DNA of 64,000 nt from Gonapodya sp. JEL0774. Its lineage: Eukaryota. Of this stretch, positions 40,871 to 54,186 are shown one piece after another. Each line of letters begins with the position of its first letter. Position 1 is the first letter of the stretch. Where the stretch lies: the NCBI GenBank assembly GCA_027604505.1, contig JADIIX010000015.1:62001-126000 (forward strand). Reading direction: 5' to 3'. The position numbers and the translations under genes were made by a program. Below the pieces are notes generated by a model, which ran no database searches, had not been told where the DNA came from, and worked only from the letters and a program-made list of their open reading frames with translations.

Positions 40871-41746
40871 ATGCAAATGGATTTCTCGATCGTTTTTCTC
40901 GTCCTCGTCAGCCTCGCACGGGGGGTCACCGCCAACTACTGGCTTAATTCGGCCTACCCAGCCGACGACCAGCTCTTACAACCCAGCCAATGGATCCCCA
41001 TTGCTGTTGGCGTTGTTCTTTTCGCTCTTTTGTGTCTCGCGTACTTCAAGTTCCGGCGTTGGCGGGGACGCGAAAAAGTGGGACCCATCGATCAGGCAAC
41101 CAACCCCATGGTCCAACGATGGAGGATAGGTGCTGGGGGGTGGAGAAACGCCGTAGCAGAAGTTGCGAATCGTCTCAATGCGCAGCTAGAACCACACGAT
41201 GTGATTGCGAGGGGAACAGTGCAGCTTGTCCCCGTGGTCCCCGTTGCAACCGACTCTGCTGGGGAACCATTGCGTGGGTCTTCCTCGAGCGTGCGCGTGT
41301 CATTTGACAGTGCAGGCGGACCGGCTGCGACAATCGTTGGTCCAAATCCTCGAACGCCTATCGATCCGCAGTCAGAGACGGTGGATGGTGGATCCTTGGT
41401 CTTCGCATCGTTGTCTGATCGACCCTCCCTCACTTCCACTGCGGTGGACAACCATGGAGAGAATCCGAACACGATCACGAATGTGGTACTCCCTCTCCAA
41501 CCTGTCCCGCCCCCTGCTCAAGCGACGGAGATTCGTCGGCCCCCCAGCCCCTTGGTCCGCTTTCAACGCCGCAATGCTCCTCACCCCACCTTCGCACACG
41601 CCACACTAATCGTAACTCCTCCACCTCCCCGCATGGGCGCGACATCCCAGGTGTCACCGGAACTGTTTGAAGCTATGGGAGGAAGAGAGCCCAGGATCTC
41701 CAGGGGAGCGCCTGCAATTGTAGTCTATGGGCAGCTGGGGCGGTGA
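40871..41746 (+). CDS. Single-pass type I membrane protein (signal peptide, short ectodomain, disordered cytosolic tail)
   Basis: MDFSIVFLVLVSLARGVTA signal-like segment; TM WIPIAVGVVLFALLCLAYF followed by KFRRWRGR; intronless ORF. Confidence 0.65.
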   Translation: MQMDFSIVFLVLVSLARGVTANYWLNSAYPADDQLLQPSQWIPIAVGVVLFALLCLAYFKFRRWRGREKVGPIDQATNPMVQRWRIGAGGWRNAVAEVANRLNAQLEPHDVIARGTVQLVPVVPVATDSAGEPLRGSSSSVRVSFDSAGGPAATIVGPNPRTPIDPQSETVDGGSLVFASLSDRPSLTSTAVDNHGENPNTITNVVLPLQPVPPPAQATEIRRPPSPLVRFQRRNAPHPTFAHATLIVTPPPPRMGATSQVSPELFEAMGGREPRISRGAPAIVVYGQLGR

Positions 41747-42129
41747 GACATTGGCAGAGTTTGCAGTCGGAAACCAAGTGGAAAAAATTTCTGCAAAATC
41801 ATGCATTCGAAAATGTTTATTGAGCGTTGCCCGGGCGGCGGGTTTGGAGTTTGTCAATTACGCTGCAAACTCAGTGGATGCAATAGTGGACACATGGACA
41901 GGAGATGCCGTGGCATTGGGTCTTGTCGATGGACAATTGTGTTGGGATTTAACGGGGTGACATAACGGCTTTCTCAGTTATCGCTCCCTTTCTTGTTTGT
42001 AGCATCGTAGTTTCCATTCTTTTCATTGTTTTTCGTTGCCTTCCGTTTTCTTGGCGGCTGTCTGAATAACATCCAGGTGTCGTGTGGTTGCCATCATCTT
42101 CTGTCATTTGTTACATTCCCCTCCAATAG

Positions 42130-43655
42130 ATGCATGGCCACTGGACCGTGGGGATTTTTGCCGCCGGCGTGGTTGTTGGCATGACAGCAGCTGCAGTCGG
42201 CGGTAAGTGAAACCTCACGGATGTTTGCAGGAATCGAATCTCTTTGACTTCAGCACTTTGCTTGACGAACTTCAGGATCCTTCAGTCACGCATTTACACC
42301 ACAGTCCAGCCGCGCAGAAGGGACGATTCTTCCCAATTCACCTTTGCGATCTCCTGCAACCGAGCCACCCCCTTCCCTCTCGTCCCGCACCACCCCCACT
42401 GCCAATCGCTCCTTTCCCTTCTCTATTCTCGCGGACACCGCGGATCCCCTGGCAAATGCCTTGAGGATTCTAGAGCATGGAAATCCCACAAGTCCTGCCG
42501 ACCAAGTACTTGCAAAATCTGCATTTGTCCTGGCGTATGATAGGAGGACAAGGAATCCTTTGTGGGTTCGTTGACCATATTACTGTTGAGCTACGACTGT
42601 GAATTCAATTAGGCTATTTTGTTCTTTGCTGCGGCACAGGTTGCCCAGCGATTCTCCAAAAATCACGACTTCTCAGCCTTGACGTCCTCTGATTCTTCGT
42701 CTTCTTCACTTACAAAACAAACCCGACCACTCACTTTCCGCCCTGACCCACTCATTCCAGCCCTTTTCCGTGCCCCAGCTGCTTTTTACTCGTCCTCGGG
42801 GTTTGATCGGGGACACATGATCCCGTACGCAGACGTGGCAAAAGGCGTTCAAGGAGCCGGTTTGGATGACGTGGCCGTGAAGAAGTGCACAGAGGAGACT
42901 TTTTTGTGTGGGTGGGCTTGGTAGAAGTTTTATTATGAGAGGTGACAATATCACCTCCGACATGGTACAGTGTCCAACATCTCCCCACAACATCCACCGT
43001 TCAACCGTCACGTGTGGTCTTCCGTGGAACGGTTCGTGCGCCGTGCCGCGGAGGCGTACGAGGACTTGATAGTTGTGACTGGGCCTGCATGGGTTCCGGA
43101 GTGGAACGAGGAGAAGCAGAAGTGGAGGGTGGAGGTTGGTGGTGTGTGTAGTACTTTGAACGCAGCGACTCACCTGGTTCTCGCATCTAGTACGACGTCT
43201 TGGGTCCACCACATTCACTCTCTATCGATTCGCCAACATCGGTGTCAACTCTTCCTCTCATACATGTTCCTTCTCACTTTTTTAAGTGCCTCCTCGGCAC
43301 CCCCGTGCGCCACCCCTCTTCTTCATCCAGTTCTCGAACTCCTCTTCACCTTGCCTGCTTTTTCGTTCCCCACGTTCCCAACCTCCCCGCTGGCGCGCGT
43401 CTCGACGATTACCGCGTAGATCTTGAGACTGTTCAGCGAGTTACGGGGATAGAGCTGTTTCCGGGCCTGAGTCGCTCAGAAGGACATACACCTGTCGAGT
43501 TCGTGGACATGTGCTCATCCGGGCTGCTAGGGTGTGGCGTGCACGTGGGGTCGAGCACGGAGGGCAAAAGGTCGAGGAGACGGACCGATGTTGGCGGTGG
43601 AGGGGCAGACACAAATAGGAGGGATGGCGAACAGAAAATAATTGAAATCGAATAA
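42130..43655 (+). CDS. DNA/RNA non-specific endonuclease (EndoG/Nuc1 family)
   Basis: FVLAYDRRTRNPLW|V, SSGFDRGHMIP, TF.LSNISPQHPPFNRHVWSSVE, VVTGP, VPSHFFK. Hydrophobic N-terminus (MHGHWTVGIFAAGVVVG). Confidence 0.9.
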
Positions 43656-43702
43656 TCTACACCATTAAAAATTCTTATCTAGACGTGTTTAAGAATCTTC
43701 TA

Positions 43703-45531
43703 TCAAATCAGCATCAGCCCGTTTTGATACTCCCAGGCCCCCCACATTCCAGTTGCCAAGCTGGCCCCACCAAACACATGCCATAGACTATGCGTCCCAG
43801 CCCAACCCTTCCTATCCGCCACAAAGCACACAATCCCAGCGGCTCCTGTTGCGATTGCAGCCGTGCTACCAACAATATAGTACGCGTACACTAGGAACGG
43901 TAGACACAGAGCGCAGAGCTGGACGGCGAGCGTGGCTGTGCGTTCCCAATTCCTGATAAAAGTAATTGAAATAAACAGAATGACGAATATTGGGGTGAAG
44001 GGATGCAGAAGGATGGGGTGCGGGAAGTGAGAGGAGAGGAGGTACAGAGTTTGCTGTGGTGAGACAGAGGTGCGATAGGGGGTCAGTTGAAACGAAAGTG
44101 GCAAGAGGCCGAAGTTCAAAGTTCCGCGCTCAAAAGGTTGAATTGTTAAAAGGAGAAGGATCTCCCATAGGTTCTCTGTCCCAGTCGCCTCCATGCAACC
44201 GAATGCATTTGAGCACCCGTCTTTCGAAATACCATTGAGCGGGCTCCAATTGTACGTGTACTTACTAAAAATGCCATCACCGTGGCTAAGCAGGTATCCG
44301 CCGCACTCAAGACCTTCCACAACGTCGCGTGATATGCAGCACTGGTAACTGCAGTAACCGCGCTGCAAACAATAGTGAGTCCCAATAACGGGCTCACATC
44401 TGATATTGGTATCATCGCGAGAATGCCCACGGGAAGAGCAAAGAAGAACGACGTCCAGGAGCAGTGGAATTCAGCGATGAAAGGAAGCACGGAATATTTG
44501 CGCTCTAGAGTGACAATAGTGGCAGGGAGAAAAAGACGGGTGGAGAGTGGTAAAGAGACTTCGGGTGTGTTGAGAGATGAGGAGGAGGGAGACAGTGTAC
44601 TGGTTGGGGTGCATGAAGCCGATCGCTTAATTTGATGTGCTGTGCACGTGCAATCACGTCCGATAAGATCGAGAAGTTCGTGAATGAAAGTCTAAAGGGG
44701 CAAATGGGATGCGTTAAAAGTTGAGCAGCGCCAAAAATGCTGAGAAACGAGTACAGTGTTCTCAGAAGGGCAGAGTCCCTCAATTGTGTAATAAACGGAG
44801 TACCTTCCTCGACTGTTCTCAGATATACTTCCTTGGCTCTGTCCATTTCGCACAGAGCGATCGCTTGCACGTGGAGCTACTCACGCTTACTCCCCACTTC
44901 GCAGCTTTCCATCCTTTAGTCACCACCTCGTGCCCAAAAAGGGTCCAGTGTACCCGTTGAGCACGGGACGACTTTGCTTGGTGGGTGGCGTCCACTACTC
45001 CGTCAGAGGTTCCGGCAATGTGGGAGTTCTTGGGCCGTTCTAGCCCTGCTGCCGACACCGCCCATCCCGCCAAGTTTCTTACGGTCGCATTGCGGTAAGC
45101 GTAAACATTCCCCCACCCAGGAATCCAGCGCCGGGTCGTGGAAGACTGTCGGGAATCGGGGGACGGACGGGAACGCGAGCGTGTTCGAGTGAGACTTATG
45201 CCGTCTGAAGTGTCCAGAAACGATCGGCAGGAGCCCGAAGCGAATGGTGCCCATTGGGCGGCGAAGGGAGATTCACCGTCGCGATGGTTTGTTGATCCGA
45301 GAGTTCATGAACAGACCAAAAGATGAATACCCCGCGGGTTTCGTCAACGTTCCTCTTAATGCACCCACCATCACCGTTTGTAGCTCCTTGAAAGCCACTT
45401 AAGCTTTTGCTCCGTGTCCGATAATGGACACCTTCGCCCTGCAACGAGTGTGAGGTGCTGAAGCTACGAGACGGGGTGGAGGTATCGATCGGATCGCCGA
45501 ATGCTGGGTATTCCTCGACCAGGAAAGCCAT
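43703..45531 (-). CDS. CREST-superfamily 7TM hydrolase, alkaline-ceramidase-like, with an N-terminal extension
   Basis: YSVLPFIAEFHCSWTS (compare ceramidase IAEFxNTxSN), SAAYH (SxxxH), a downstream Asp (ADT), C-terminal HSLWHVFGG (HxxxH). The 5' exons are uncertain. Confidence 0.65.
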
Positions 45532-45805
45532 CAAAATGGGCGATGGAAACCCCGGGACAGAAAGGTGTGAGAGAAAGTCCACTGGGTGTGGCGAATGTGC
45601 TTGCGGCACCTTGCCATGTACAAAATAATAATTATATGATTTTGGGGGATTCATGACTTTCATGGGCCACTAACGACCGTTTATATCTTCTCCTAGTATA
45701 GCTGTCTGCAAGCGTTGATGACGCTTGACTTGCATTTTGATAGTCCAACCAAGATGTCCTTGACCGCCACATCGAGTGATCGTCCGCTTGCATATTTCAA
45801 TTCAT

Positions 45806-47589
45806 CTATCTGTTTGCTTCTTCAGCACCAATCAAAGGTGTGTTCTCGTCTGGTTCCGTTCCAACTCCATCACCAGATGTTTCCGGGCGACTCTCCTCAT
45901 CACCCTCATTGCGAACTTGAACAACCTCTTCTGGAGGCTTGATGTGATCAAAAGACCAAAGAAGAAGGAGATCTGGCGTGAATTTTCAATTTGGCATTTG
46001 CAAACTAAAGTTCAGTTTGCAAGAGCACAACAAGAAGCGACACACCCCTCACCATACACAATCTTCAATCCACCACAAGCCCAAAAAGCGACATCAAACC
46101 AGCCTCTAACACTGAGCCATCCAGTTGCTGCAGGTCCAAGTGAGCCTGCAACAGAACGCACGATGTTTGTGGCGCCGAGGACCGCAGTTCTTGCAGTGGG
46201 AGGAACGATAGAGGACACATAGGCAGTACGTGGGGCAACATCCTTCCGTCGGAAAGCATAATCGATGGTAGATGCAACAATTCAGTCATTCAAGATGCCA
46301 ATCTCACCATCTGAGAAATCGAGAATCGTGCAAACAGAACCGTGACTGCCAACGGCAGATTGGGAACGGTCGAGGGGAGCAGCGCCATGAGCACATTTGA
46401 AGGTAGATGAGTGAATACCACTGTAGTTGAACACGGGCATAAAGTTGGAAAGTCGTGCAGTGTGACAAATGGCTCAAAAGCTCTGCAACCAACTTGTTCT
46501 CACAAGACCGATTCTTCGCGCAACATGTGGTGCCACCAGCGTACTCAAACCAGCAGCCACCGTGGAAGCTGAGAGTAGAGGTGCCAAGTGAGACAAGTCG
46601 AGATTGAATCGGAGCCGAAACCAGTAAGTGAGTAAAGAACCGGTCACCAGAGATCCAGCAAAAGCGTCCAGCGAGAATAAAAGAGATAGGTGGAAAAGAG
46701 TATGAAGAAAAGAAGCGGGAATAGTAGAATCTCTCGGAGCTGCTTGAATGAGTTCCGCCTTCCTTTCGCGCTCTACTTCAACGTGTTCACTCAAGCCACA
46801 GAAGAGTGCAGCGAGGAGCAACCCAAGTGCTGCATAGGTGAGTGCAGTGAGTCGGTACCCCTCAAGAGTTGTAAGACCGAGCCATTTAGGGACAATGTCC
46901 ACTACTAATCCAGAACATACACCACCAACAGCGGATGACAAATATGCGGAGGATTGGGACCTTGTAGAGAATCACAATAATAATCTTGAATCGTGTTCTG
47001 ATGACGAGTATGTAAGTACGAACCAAGCGAAAACCATGGTCCGTTCCGCAGGAACCGCAATAAATCCCGCCAATGCAGAGGATTCTAGTGCCATAAATGG
47101 ACCAACCTCCATGCCAGACGGACTTATCACGCCTGGCAATATGGCGCACGAATCAGAAACGGCAATTGACACTCCTCCAGGAAAGGAAAGATCCATGCAC
47201 TCACCAAAGATTCCCGCGACTGCGAGAATAGAGAATCGTCTTGCTCCCGAGAAAGGCGCCCAAGCGTATACAGCACCACCCACAGTCATGAGCAGCGCTC
47301 CAAGAACAAGCATTCGTCGTCGCCCGATGTAGTCAGCGTTCCACGTCACGATTAGGGAAAACAAGGCATCTCCCGCAAGCGTTAAGCTCAAAAGCCAACC
47401 AATCTCGAGGTCCGTGAGGCCAAGCTCGGCAAGATAAAGTGCGAGTGGTATACCGATAAGACCGTAAGCAAAGAGTCTCACGCATCGTGTAAGAAGAAGA
47501 AGGACACCATCACGAGGGAGGGTATATAGAGTATCCAGCCCAAGCACTGTCGAAAACGACGGGCTTCCTTCTTGTGCCTGACTGTTCAT
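45806..47589 (-). CDS. Major facilitator superfamily transporter
   Basis: RCVRLFAYG, NADYIGRRRMLVLG (motif A), GVISPSGMEVGPF, FSLDAFAGSL, ARRIGLVRT. C-terminal ENTPLI is dileucine-like; TAG at 45806-45808. Confidence 0.9.
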
Positions 47590-48718
47590 CGATGCGAAGG
47601 GGTTCACAAACCGTGCCACAACCAGCCTACATAGTCACCACGGCATAGTTTCGTTCTGGGCTGTGAAGAACCCAATCTGACAAACGATTGTTTTCCAATT
47701 GTTCACGGCCGAGATAAAAGTTGCGGAGAAGAAGTCTCCTGAAGCCACCGAACGATCGCGTATCCCCTCAAGCAAGTCAACGAACGGGGCACATCCGGTC
47801 CCGCGGACAAAGTTGAATGAATGGGCATTGGGTTCGCAGTGCGACTCTAGCCTTTCACCCAGTATTATGTCACTCTCTCGCAATCCCTCCACCTCGCTGA
47901 AGTTGAGACCTTGCGTTGTTCAGGGGCTCCAGATCCTCACTGTCACACCATGTCCGAACGACGAAGGGATGCTCCTGCTTCGACAAGTCCTGGTTCTCCT
48001 CGTTCTGATTGTCTTGCCACAGGTCTCCGGAACACCCCACCGTCGAGGCAATCTCCAAGGAATTCGGGTGGGCGTGGGGCAAGTTCCAGATGAAGGGGGA
48101 GGTTTCTGATGCAATGGATCTGCTAGACTACTGGTGAGTCAGATATATTTTCTGCATATTCTCTACAAAGCCTGTTATTGTTTTTGATCTCCACTCGTGT
48201 GCTTTGCCAAGTGTCCTTCTGCACACGCCCTTCCTGTGTGATTTGTGCAACAGCCCTGGCGAGGCACATATATAGGGTAAGAGATGTCTTGTGCAGGTGG
48301 CCAAGCTAGACTGGGCTAGATTTGGGGAATGTTCTAGCGTAGTTTAGTGCCGTTGATCTCCTTTGGGCTGCCATTATTTTGCGAGAGTGGGCTCCTCACG
48401 CCAAGCTCGTCCTATCACGGATATACAGTTATTAATTTAAGTAGCTCTTGGGGTGGAGGCCTGATGGGATATATTGTGTCATTCGTAAGCGGTAGTCACC
48501 CAGCCGATTACAGAAGATCATTTTAGGTTATTGTTGACATATGCGTAGGGTACAAATAATAGTATGTCAGAAATGTAAAGGTGAGAGTTTTTATACCAAC
48601 ATAATCAAAAACGATCCCGATGATCCACAACGATTGTCCGGCGGGCACAAACCTTGCGCGATTCTCTCCACTACTTTCATGGTTTATGGGTACAAGGTTG
48701 GGCTGTCTGGTCCTCTCC

Positions 48719-51700
48719 TCACCATACCATTTGCACACCAGGTTCTTCACCTAATCCATTCGCCCTGCCGTTTCCAGCATGGGCGCTCTGCGCTTCCTTT
48801 CGGCCCGCACTGGTTCCAATTCTCTCACCGCCTGAAACCGACCTATCGCGCCTGCCTCTTTCTGGCGCTGACAGACCGGTCGAGCCTTTTGAAGACCCAC
48901 CACCACCAAATATCGAGGACAGCGGGCGCCCTATTCGTCTCGATGTCTGTTGCGGTTGAGGTTGCGATTGTCGTGGTCGTTCTCGTTCCAACTCCTGATC
49001 CCTCTCTGATCTCTCCTTCTCTGCTTTCTCCGCGGCGACGGCGACCATTTCGGCCCTTTGTCTCTCAGCGGCAGCAACCCTCTCTGCAAAGTCGCTCGCT
49101 TCCTTCGCTTCCCGTTCCGCCTTTTCGCACCGCACCCGCCACTCTTCACGCTCCCTCTCCAACTGGTGAATGCGAGCAAGATAGTCCCGTTCAGTAGCAG
49201 CTACGCGGCGCTCAAGAAGGGAAGCATAGGCACGTGTTTCTTCAAGTTGGCGCACAAGCTGTGCCGTCGCAGAGGTAGGGGTGTGCGGGTCAGGGGGTAT
49301 CGATGGGCTTGGCGTGGCTCGAGGGGGAACAGAGGGTGTAGGGGTGGGGGTTGTACTTGACGGATTGGGGCTACTTCGGGTCGCCGCCGATGAAGATGTT
49401 TGCGTACCGTTGGGGGTGGCTCGACCCTGACCGTAACCGTGATGAACGGTGGACGAGGCAGCCGAACCAACAGCCGCAGTATATTGCTGAGGCACATACG
49501 GTGAAGTTAGGGTAGAAGAAGCTGGTGGAGTGGGTGGAAGGGGGAGTGATGTGTATGTTTCAGAGCGCGGTACTGGAGTGTGTGAAGAGAGAGGTCCTGG
49601 AGTCGATGTGGATATCGAAGGTGGGTTCGTCAATTGCCGTCCATTTCCGTCCCTTCCACCGTTTATGTAGCCAGAAGCCGAGGCGGATGTGCTGGTTGAG
49701 AGTGATTGATGATATTGTAGCTGACCCTGATTGTGAGGTCCAGCGGCAGGCGATGCTGCCGATGGTGGTAAAGTCGATTGCGAATTGGTGCTCGCGGCGA
49801 TGAATCGCGAATCGCGCCTAGATGATGGTGCTGGAAAGGAGCTCAGAACAGCAGAGCCCATTGCCATAGACCCCAGAACGGTAGATCCACCAGCACCGCC
49901 TGAGGAACTGGGAGTGAGTGGGTAGAAGTGAGACTCGCGGTACGAAGATGAACCAGTCACAGTCGCCATCGAGTTTGGACGGAGTTGAAGGCTCTGATAC
50001 GACGATGTTCCGGCACGGGCATGGAGGACTGTTGAAGCCGAGGGTTGTATGGGGAGTGACCGGGGAGCTATAGGTGGTTCGCTATTCTGCTGCATTTGCG
50101 ACAGTCCGAGTGCTTCGAGAATATCCCAACGTTGAGTCCGGCGTGCAGCCTCAATCACTCTGTCAGTGACAAGTGCACCTTTCCTGACAAGCACCCTTAC
50201 CACTTCCACGTTTACTTTTGTCCGCACCTCGTCACACCGTTCGGAGTTATACTGGGGGTCCAGCAAGCGTACCGTCCCACCCTTCTTATTGATGCGAATA
50301 TGCCCTTGATCTAGATCAAGCTGCCAATCTGGAAGAGGAAGACCATCGGGACTCAAAACCCGACCAGCGTTTACAGCAAAGGCGAGGGCAGAGTTATAAG
50401 ATATAGAGCCAGCAGTACGTTTCCGAGTCCAGTCGTCATGTGTCCAAGGTGAATGGGCATGGTAGCTATGGAGGGGAAAGGGGGGATATGCGGCGCAAGG
50501 AACTTCAAACAAAATACTTGTATCGCATTCTAGCCCAGCCCGCGTTCAGACCCCACTAATAGTCTCATTCAATATCGCGTCGAAAGGCCCGCTTTGTTAC
50601 TTGTTTCCACTGCTTCCATCCTGTTCTCCGCTGTTGACGTTTGAGAGTGAAGCATTTTTTATTTCTCCAAGAACACATCCTTCTGCCACGGTAGCAATGG
50701 GTGTTTCAAGATCTTTCGCCGATCTATCCATCACCAAGGTAACTGCACGCCACATATCAAGCGCTCCATGGCTTCTGGGCGATTTCGTAGTCCCACTCAG
50801 ACATTTGGCGAATATGCAGCGACTTTGTACCCTGAATTACCCTGAATGAACGCACGAATTCGTAGTCCAAATACTCACATTTGCCATTCAACAGGGTCGT
50901 TTGGGTCCGCCCCTGCATCTAAAAGCATTTGCACAATGTCCGCGTGTCCACACAAGACTGCAATAGCAAGCGCACTTTCTCCCAGGGAAACGTCGTGCCT
51001 CAACTCGCCGAGGTCTCTCGTGACCACGCCTCCTCCGGGCTTTACCTCCCAGTCGCGAAAGACTCGACATGAAAAACGGATCCACTTTCGCGCGGCCGGT
51101 TTCGCGCCTCGGTGTAGAGCTTCTCGGACGCGAGAGATATTGCGCGCTTCTATTGCTGCAATGAGGGATGCGTCGAGCTCAGTCGGGGCAGGTGGAGGAC
51201 GATTTGAAGGTGCACGAGCGTACGGGTTGGCGGAGGATTGAGGGACGAAAAACTTTTTGACCTCTTGGGGAGGTGTTGGAGAAGAGCGCTTGCGAGAATG
51301 AGGGTCTTGAGGGGAAGCAGGGGATGGAGGGAACTGAGAAAGCTCCTGTACAGGAGGGAGAGCGGGTGGAGTGGAAGCAGGTGGTGCATGTGGCAGCTGC
51401 GGAAGCTGTTGCTGGAGGTAGGGTGCGTGAACAATTCCCGTCGGAGGCGGTAAACCAGCAAGTTGTGGCGGGAGAACCACGCTGACAGGTCTCCCAGGGT
51501 AGTTTGTATTCACGCGGCGGCCCCGAGATTCTTCTGCTGCCTCCCTTTTCACCCGCTCGTCAACCATCCGCTGAGTGAATTCGTGCATTTCCGGGTCAGT
51601 TCTGGTCCGGCCATGGCGGGGCGAGCGGGGGCCTTCACTCAGTTCTTCATGGTCCTCGTGTAACTCGTCGTCTCCCGACCCCCCTAACTTCGACAGGGTC

Positions 51701-51783
51701 CAGTCCGAATGTGGGCGTGGTAATTGACGTTTTCCTTGCTCAGCGCGCCCTCGACGGCCGCGGGAGAAGATGGAAGTGTCCAT
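48719..51783 (-). CDS. Split-ankyrin-like protein, paralogue 2, with Pro-rich N-terminus and S/T/P-rich plus coiled-coil C-terminus
   Basis: ALHRGAKPAARKWIRFSC...GESALAIAVLCGHADIVQMLLDAGADPNDPVEWQ|I...SALAFAV...INKKGGTVRL...VEVVRVLVRKGA. Intron ~50466-50878. Coiled coil LVRQLEETRAY...ERE. Confidence 0.75.
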
Positions 51784-52355
51784 TTGCCAAAGGTGGAAGT
51801 CCAAATATGGAGCTCGATTGTGCCCAGGTGGACCGCAAAAAGCGCCCTGACAAAGTCCTGTTGGGGTTCACCGCACAGAATATATGTGATAAGGTCAAGC
51901 GCCCAATCTCCACTACGTGAGAATCTTTTTTCCTTTAGATTGCTTCTTGAACGCATATGTATTCATATGTATTGTCTTTCCGAAGAATTATATCTGTTTC
52001 CTAATTCGTCATGAATCCTCGCTTGTTGAAAATGTGCTTTGATATCAACCCATAACGAGCGATTCAAGCTAATGACAGATGTAACGATAAGTATAGTGCA
52101 TAGTCTCGGTTCATCACTGGCGGATGAGGATTCGTGGGCTCCTACCGTGCCGCTGTAATCGCGGTGACGGACGAGACGAAGCTTAGTTCCGAGAAAGTTG
52201 GACAGTACGATAATGGCAATCGCAATACTTTGAGTTCATCCAAGCTTCCAAAGTTTCAAGTTTGCTTGGGAGTGAGGCTTCGAAAGAGGGCACGCATCAC
52301 CATGCCGAAGAACCCCATTTCATTTCCAACATCGAAATAAATATTTCACTCAATA

Positions 52356-53359
52356 ATGGGGCCACCCCGATTCCCTTCCAGAAACCTGAGAGTGTCGCAC
52401 TCATCGATGTCATTAGCTTCCGCAACGTCCGTTGCCCCTCTCCGACTGACCCCATTCGCACACGATCGGCTCGACGCAAAAAGTGAACAGAATCCGCTGC
52501 CTGCAAAAACTGCCCCATCGGAGTCACCATCAACACTTGAGATCCACACAAGGCCTGCTTCTTTGATCTATCCAGTTCGGCCATCTTCCCAGCTGGATCA
52601 TGAAAGCTCCCTCATTTCCGCTCTCTCAGTTCACCCTTCCAAATTTAAAGTCGACGTGTTATCTAAGGCAATCGCCGCAGGCGCTAATCCGAATGCCACC
52701 ACCAATCTCAATTTCACCCTTCCTGGTACAGACGGGACGGAGCATCCCGCCACCCTTCTGGCACCATCTCCGCTCGCACTCGCGATTCTTCACGGTAACC
52801 TTGGCGCAGTAGCTTCCCTTCTCAATGCCGGTGCAGATCCTCAGCTTCCAATCGTCTGGGAAGTCCCCTTCCGACGTGAGTACCACTTCATCAATGCTTC
52901 TTCAATTTACAGAGTACAATTTGGAAACTGGTCTTCGCAGCTCGACACTTAGATGGTTGGAGTAACGAGCAGATGGTTACCGGTGCGTGGAAGGTAACTT
53001 ATCGATTCCCGGCTGCCACCCTGTTCGCCCTGGTCAGGGGATGCGAGGTTCTTGAGACAGACGGGTCCCTGGCCGCCGGTTGGACCCAAGATTCAAACAT
53101 GCGCGGAGTTGTGAGGCTACCCAGTAGGGCATCAGTAGTCGGGGCACCGGGATCAGACGGAAAAATCGTCGTTCTACCAAGGACCATTGAGCCACAGATG
53201 GACATATTTTATGCGTTACAGCGGTGGATACTGGAACGTGTGGCGAGAGATGCTGTAGACAGTTACCGACTCCAACAGGACAAATCTGGTGGACAACTGC
53301 AGAAGGTGCCCGAAAGTCATCCAGCTCGTTACGCAGTTTTTGGTGGCATACCCCGCTAA
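52356..53359 (+). CDS. Split-ankyrin-like protein, paralogue 3 (2 exons)
   Basis: AIAAGANPNATTNLNF...APSPLALAILHGNLGAVASLLNAGADPQLPIVW, intron ~52877-52952, then HGWSNEQM...WKVTYRFPAATLFAL. Confidence 0.7.
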
Positions 53360-54186
53360 GTCGTACGGGGGATGAGACTTCGTGAAGTCGCGTTGAGTAG
53401 AGATGCGCACTTTGAGGAGAGAGGGGCGTCTCGAAATGATGACGGAGGGTATGCTTGGGAAGGTACACATAGGGGATCTTATCGCAAAGGACACATTTGT
53501 CATCCTTCAACAGTGAGTGATCATGTGTTTATATGTTTCTTTGTGAGCTCCAAGCGATGAGGTTTTGTTCGCCATGTAGGTCTGCTTCGAACGGACCTAC
53601 ATGCAGGACCTACATGCATTCAACTCCTACTATAACTTATAGACTGTTGCAGCAAGGAATTGAACAACAGGATGATCATGGAAAACAATTGTACTGAAAC
53701 CCAAATATTTAATTCATGCATATGTAGCATGTTGTCAACACGAGTGATTTCGAGTCGGACAGGTTCTAAAAGCAATACAGCCGGCAGGCCCGGTTGAGAA
53801 GCCCGGTGCTTCTTGAGTTGGCAACCAGCAATCTCATGTTGCTGAGTGCGGAGAGAGAACGTGGACGCCAGGTGACGCCAGCGTCTGAGTGGGGGAGCAG
53901 GCGCACAGCCCGAGTGGAGAGAGGAGAAATCCACTCTATGTAGTAGAATCATTGTATGTCCGTGTAATTGTAGGACTTTTGTGTGTCCAGACATAGTGGG
54001 GCCGCCGCCCGTGAAATGTGAGAGGATGGGGGACAGAACTGCCGAGTTTGTTGTCCATGCACGATGCTGTGAGCCCCGCATCCTGAGGCCAGCCCAAAAC
54101 GAACTCAATAATGCTTCAGACACTGCCCCAGCACTCTCATTCGTCGGACCGTGAACAACTGTTACCCGCACCGAATACATGTATGT

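Noticed and set aside
47635..48114. Short minus-strand ORFs between the MFS gene and ankyrin paralogue 2
   Set aside because: There is no motif and no consistent exon structure, so I cannot tell them from chance ORFs.
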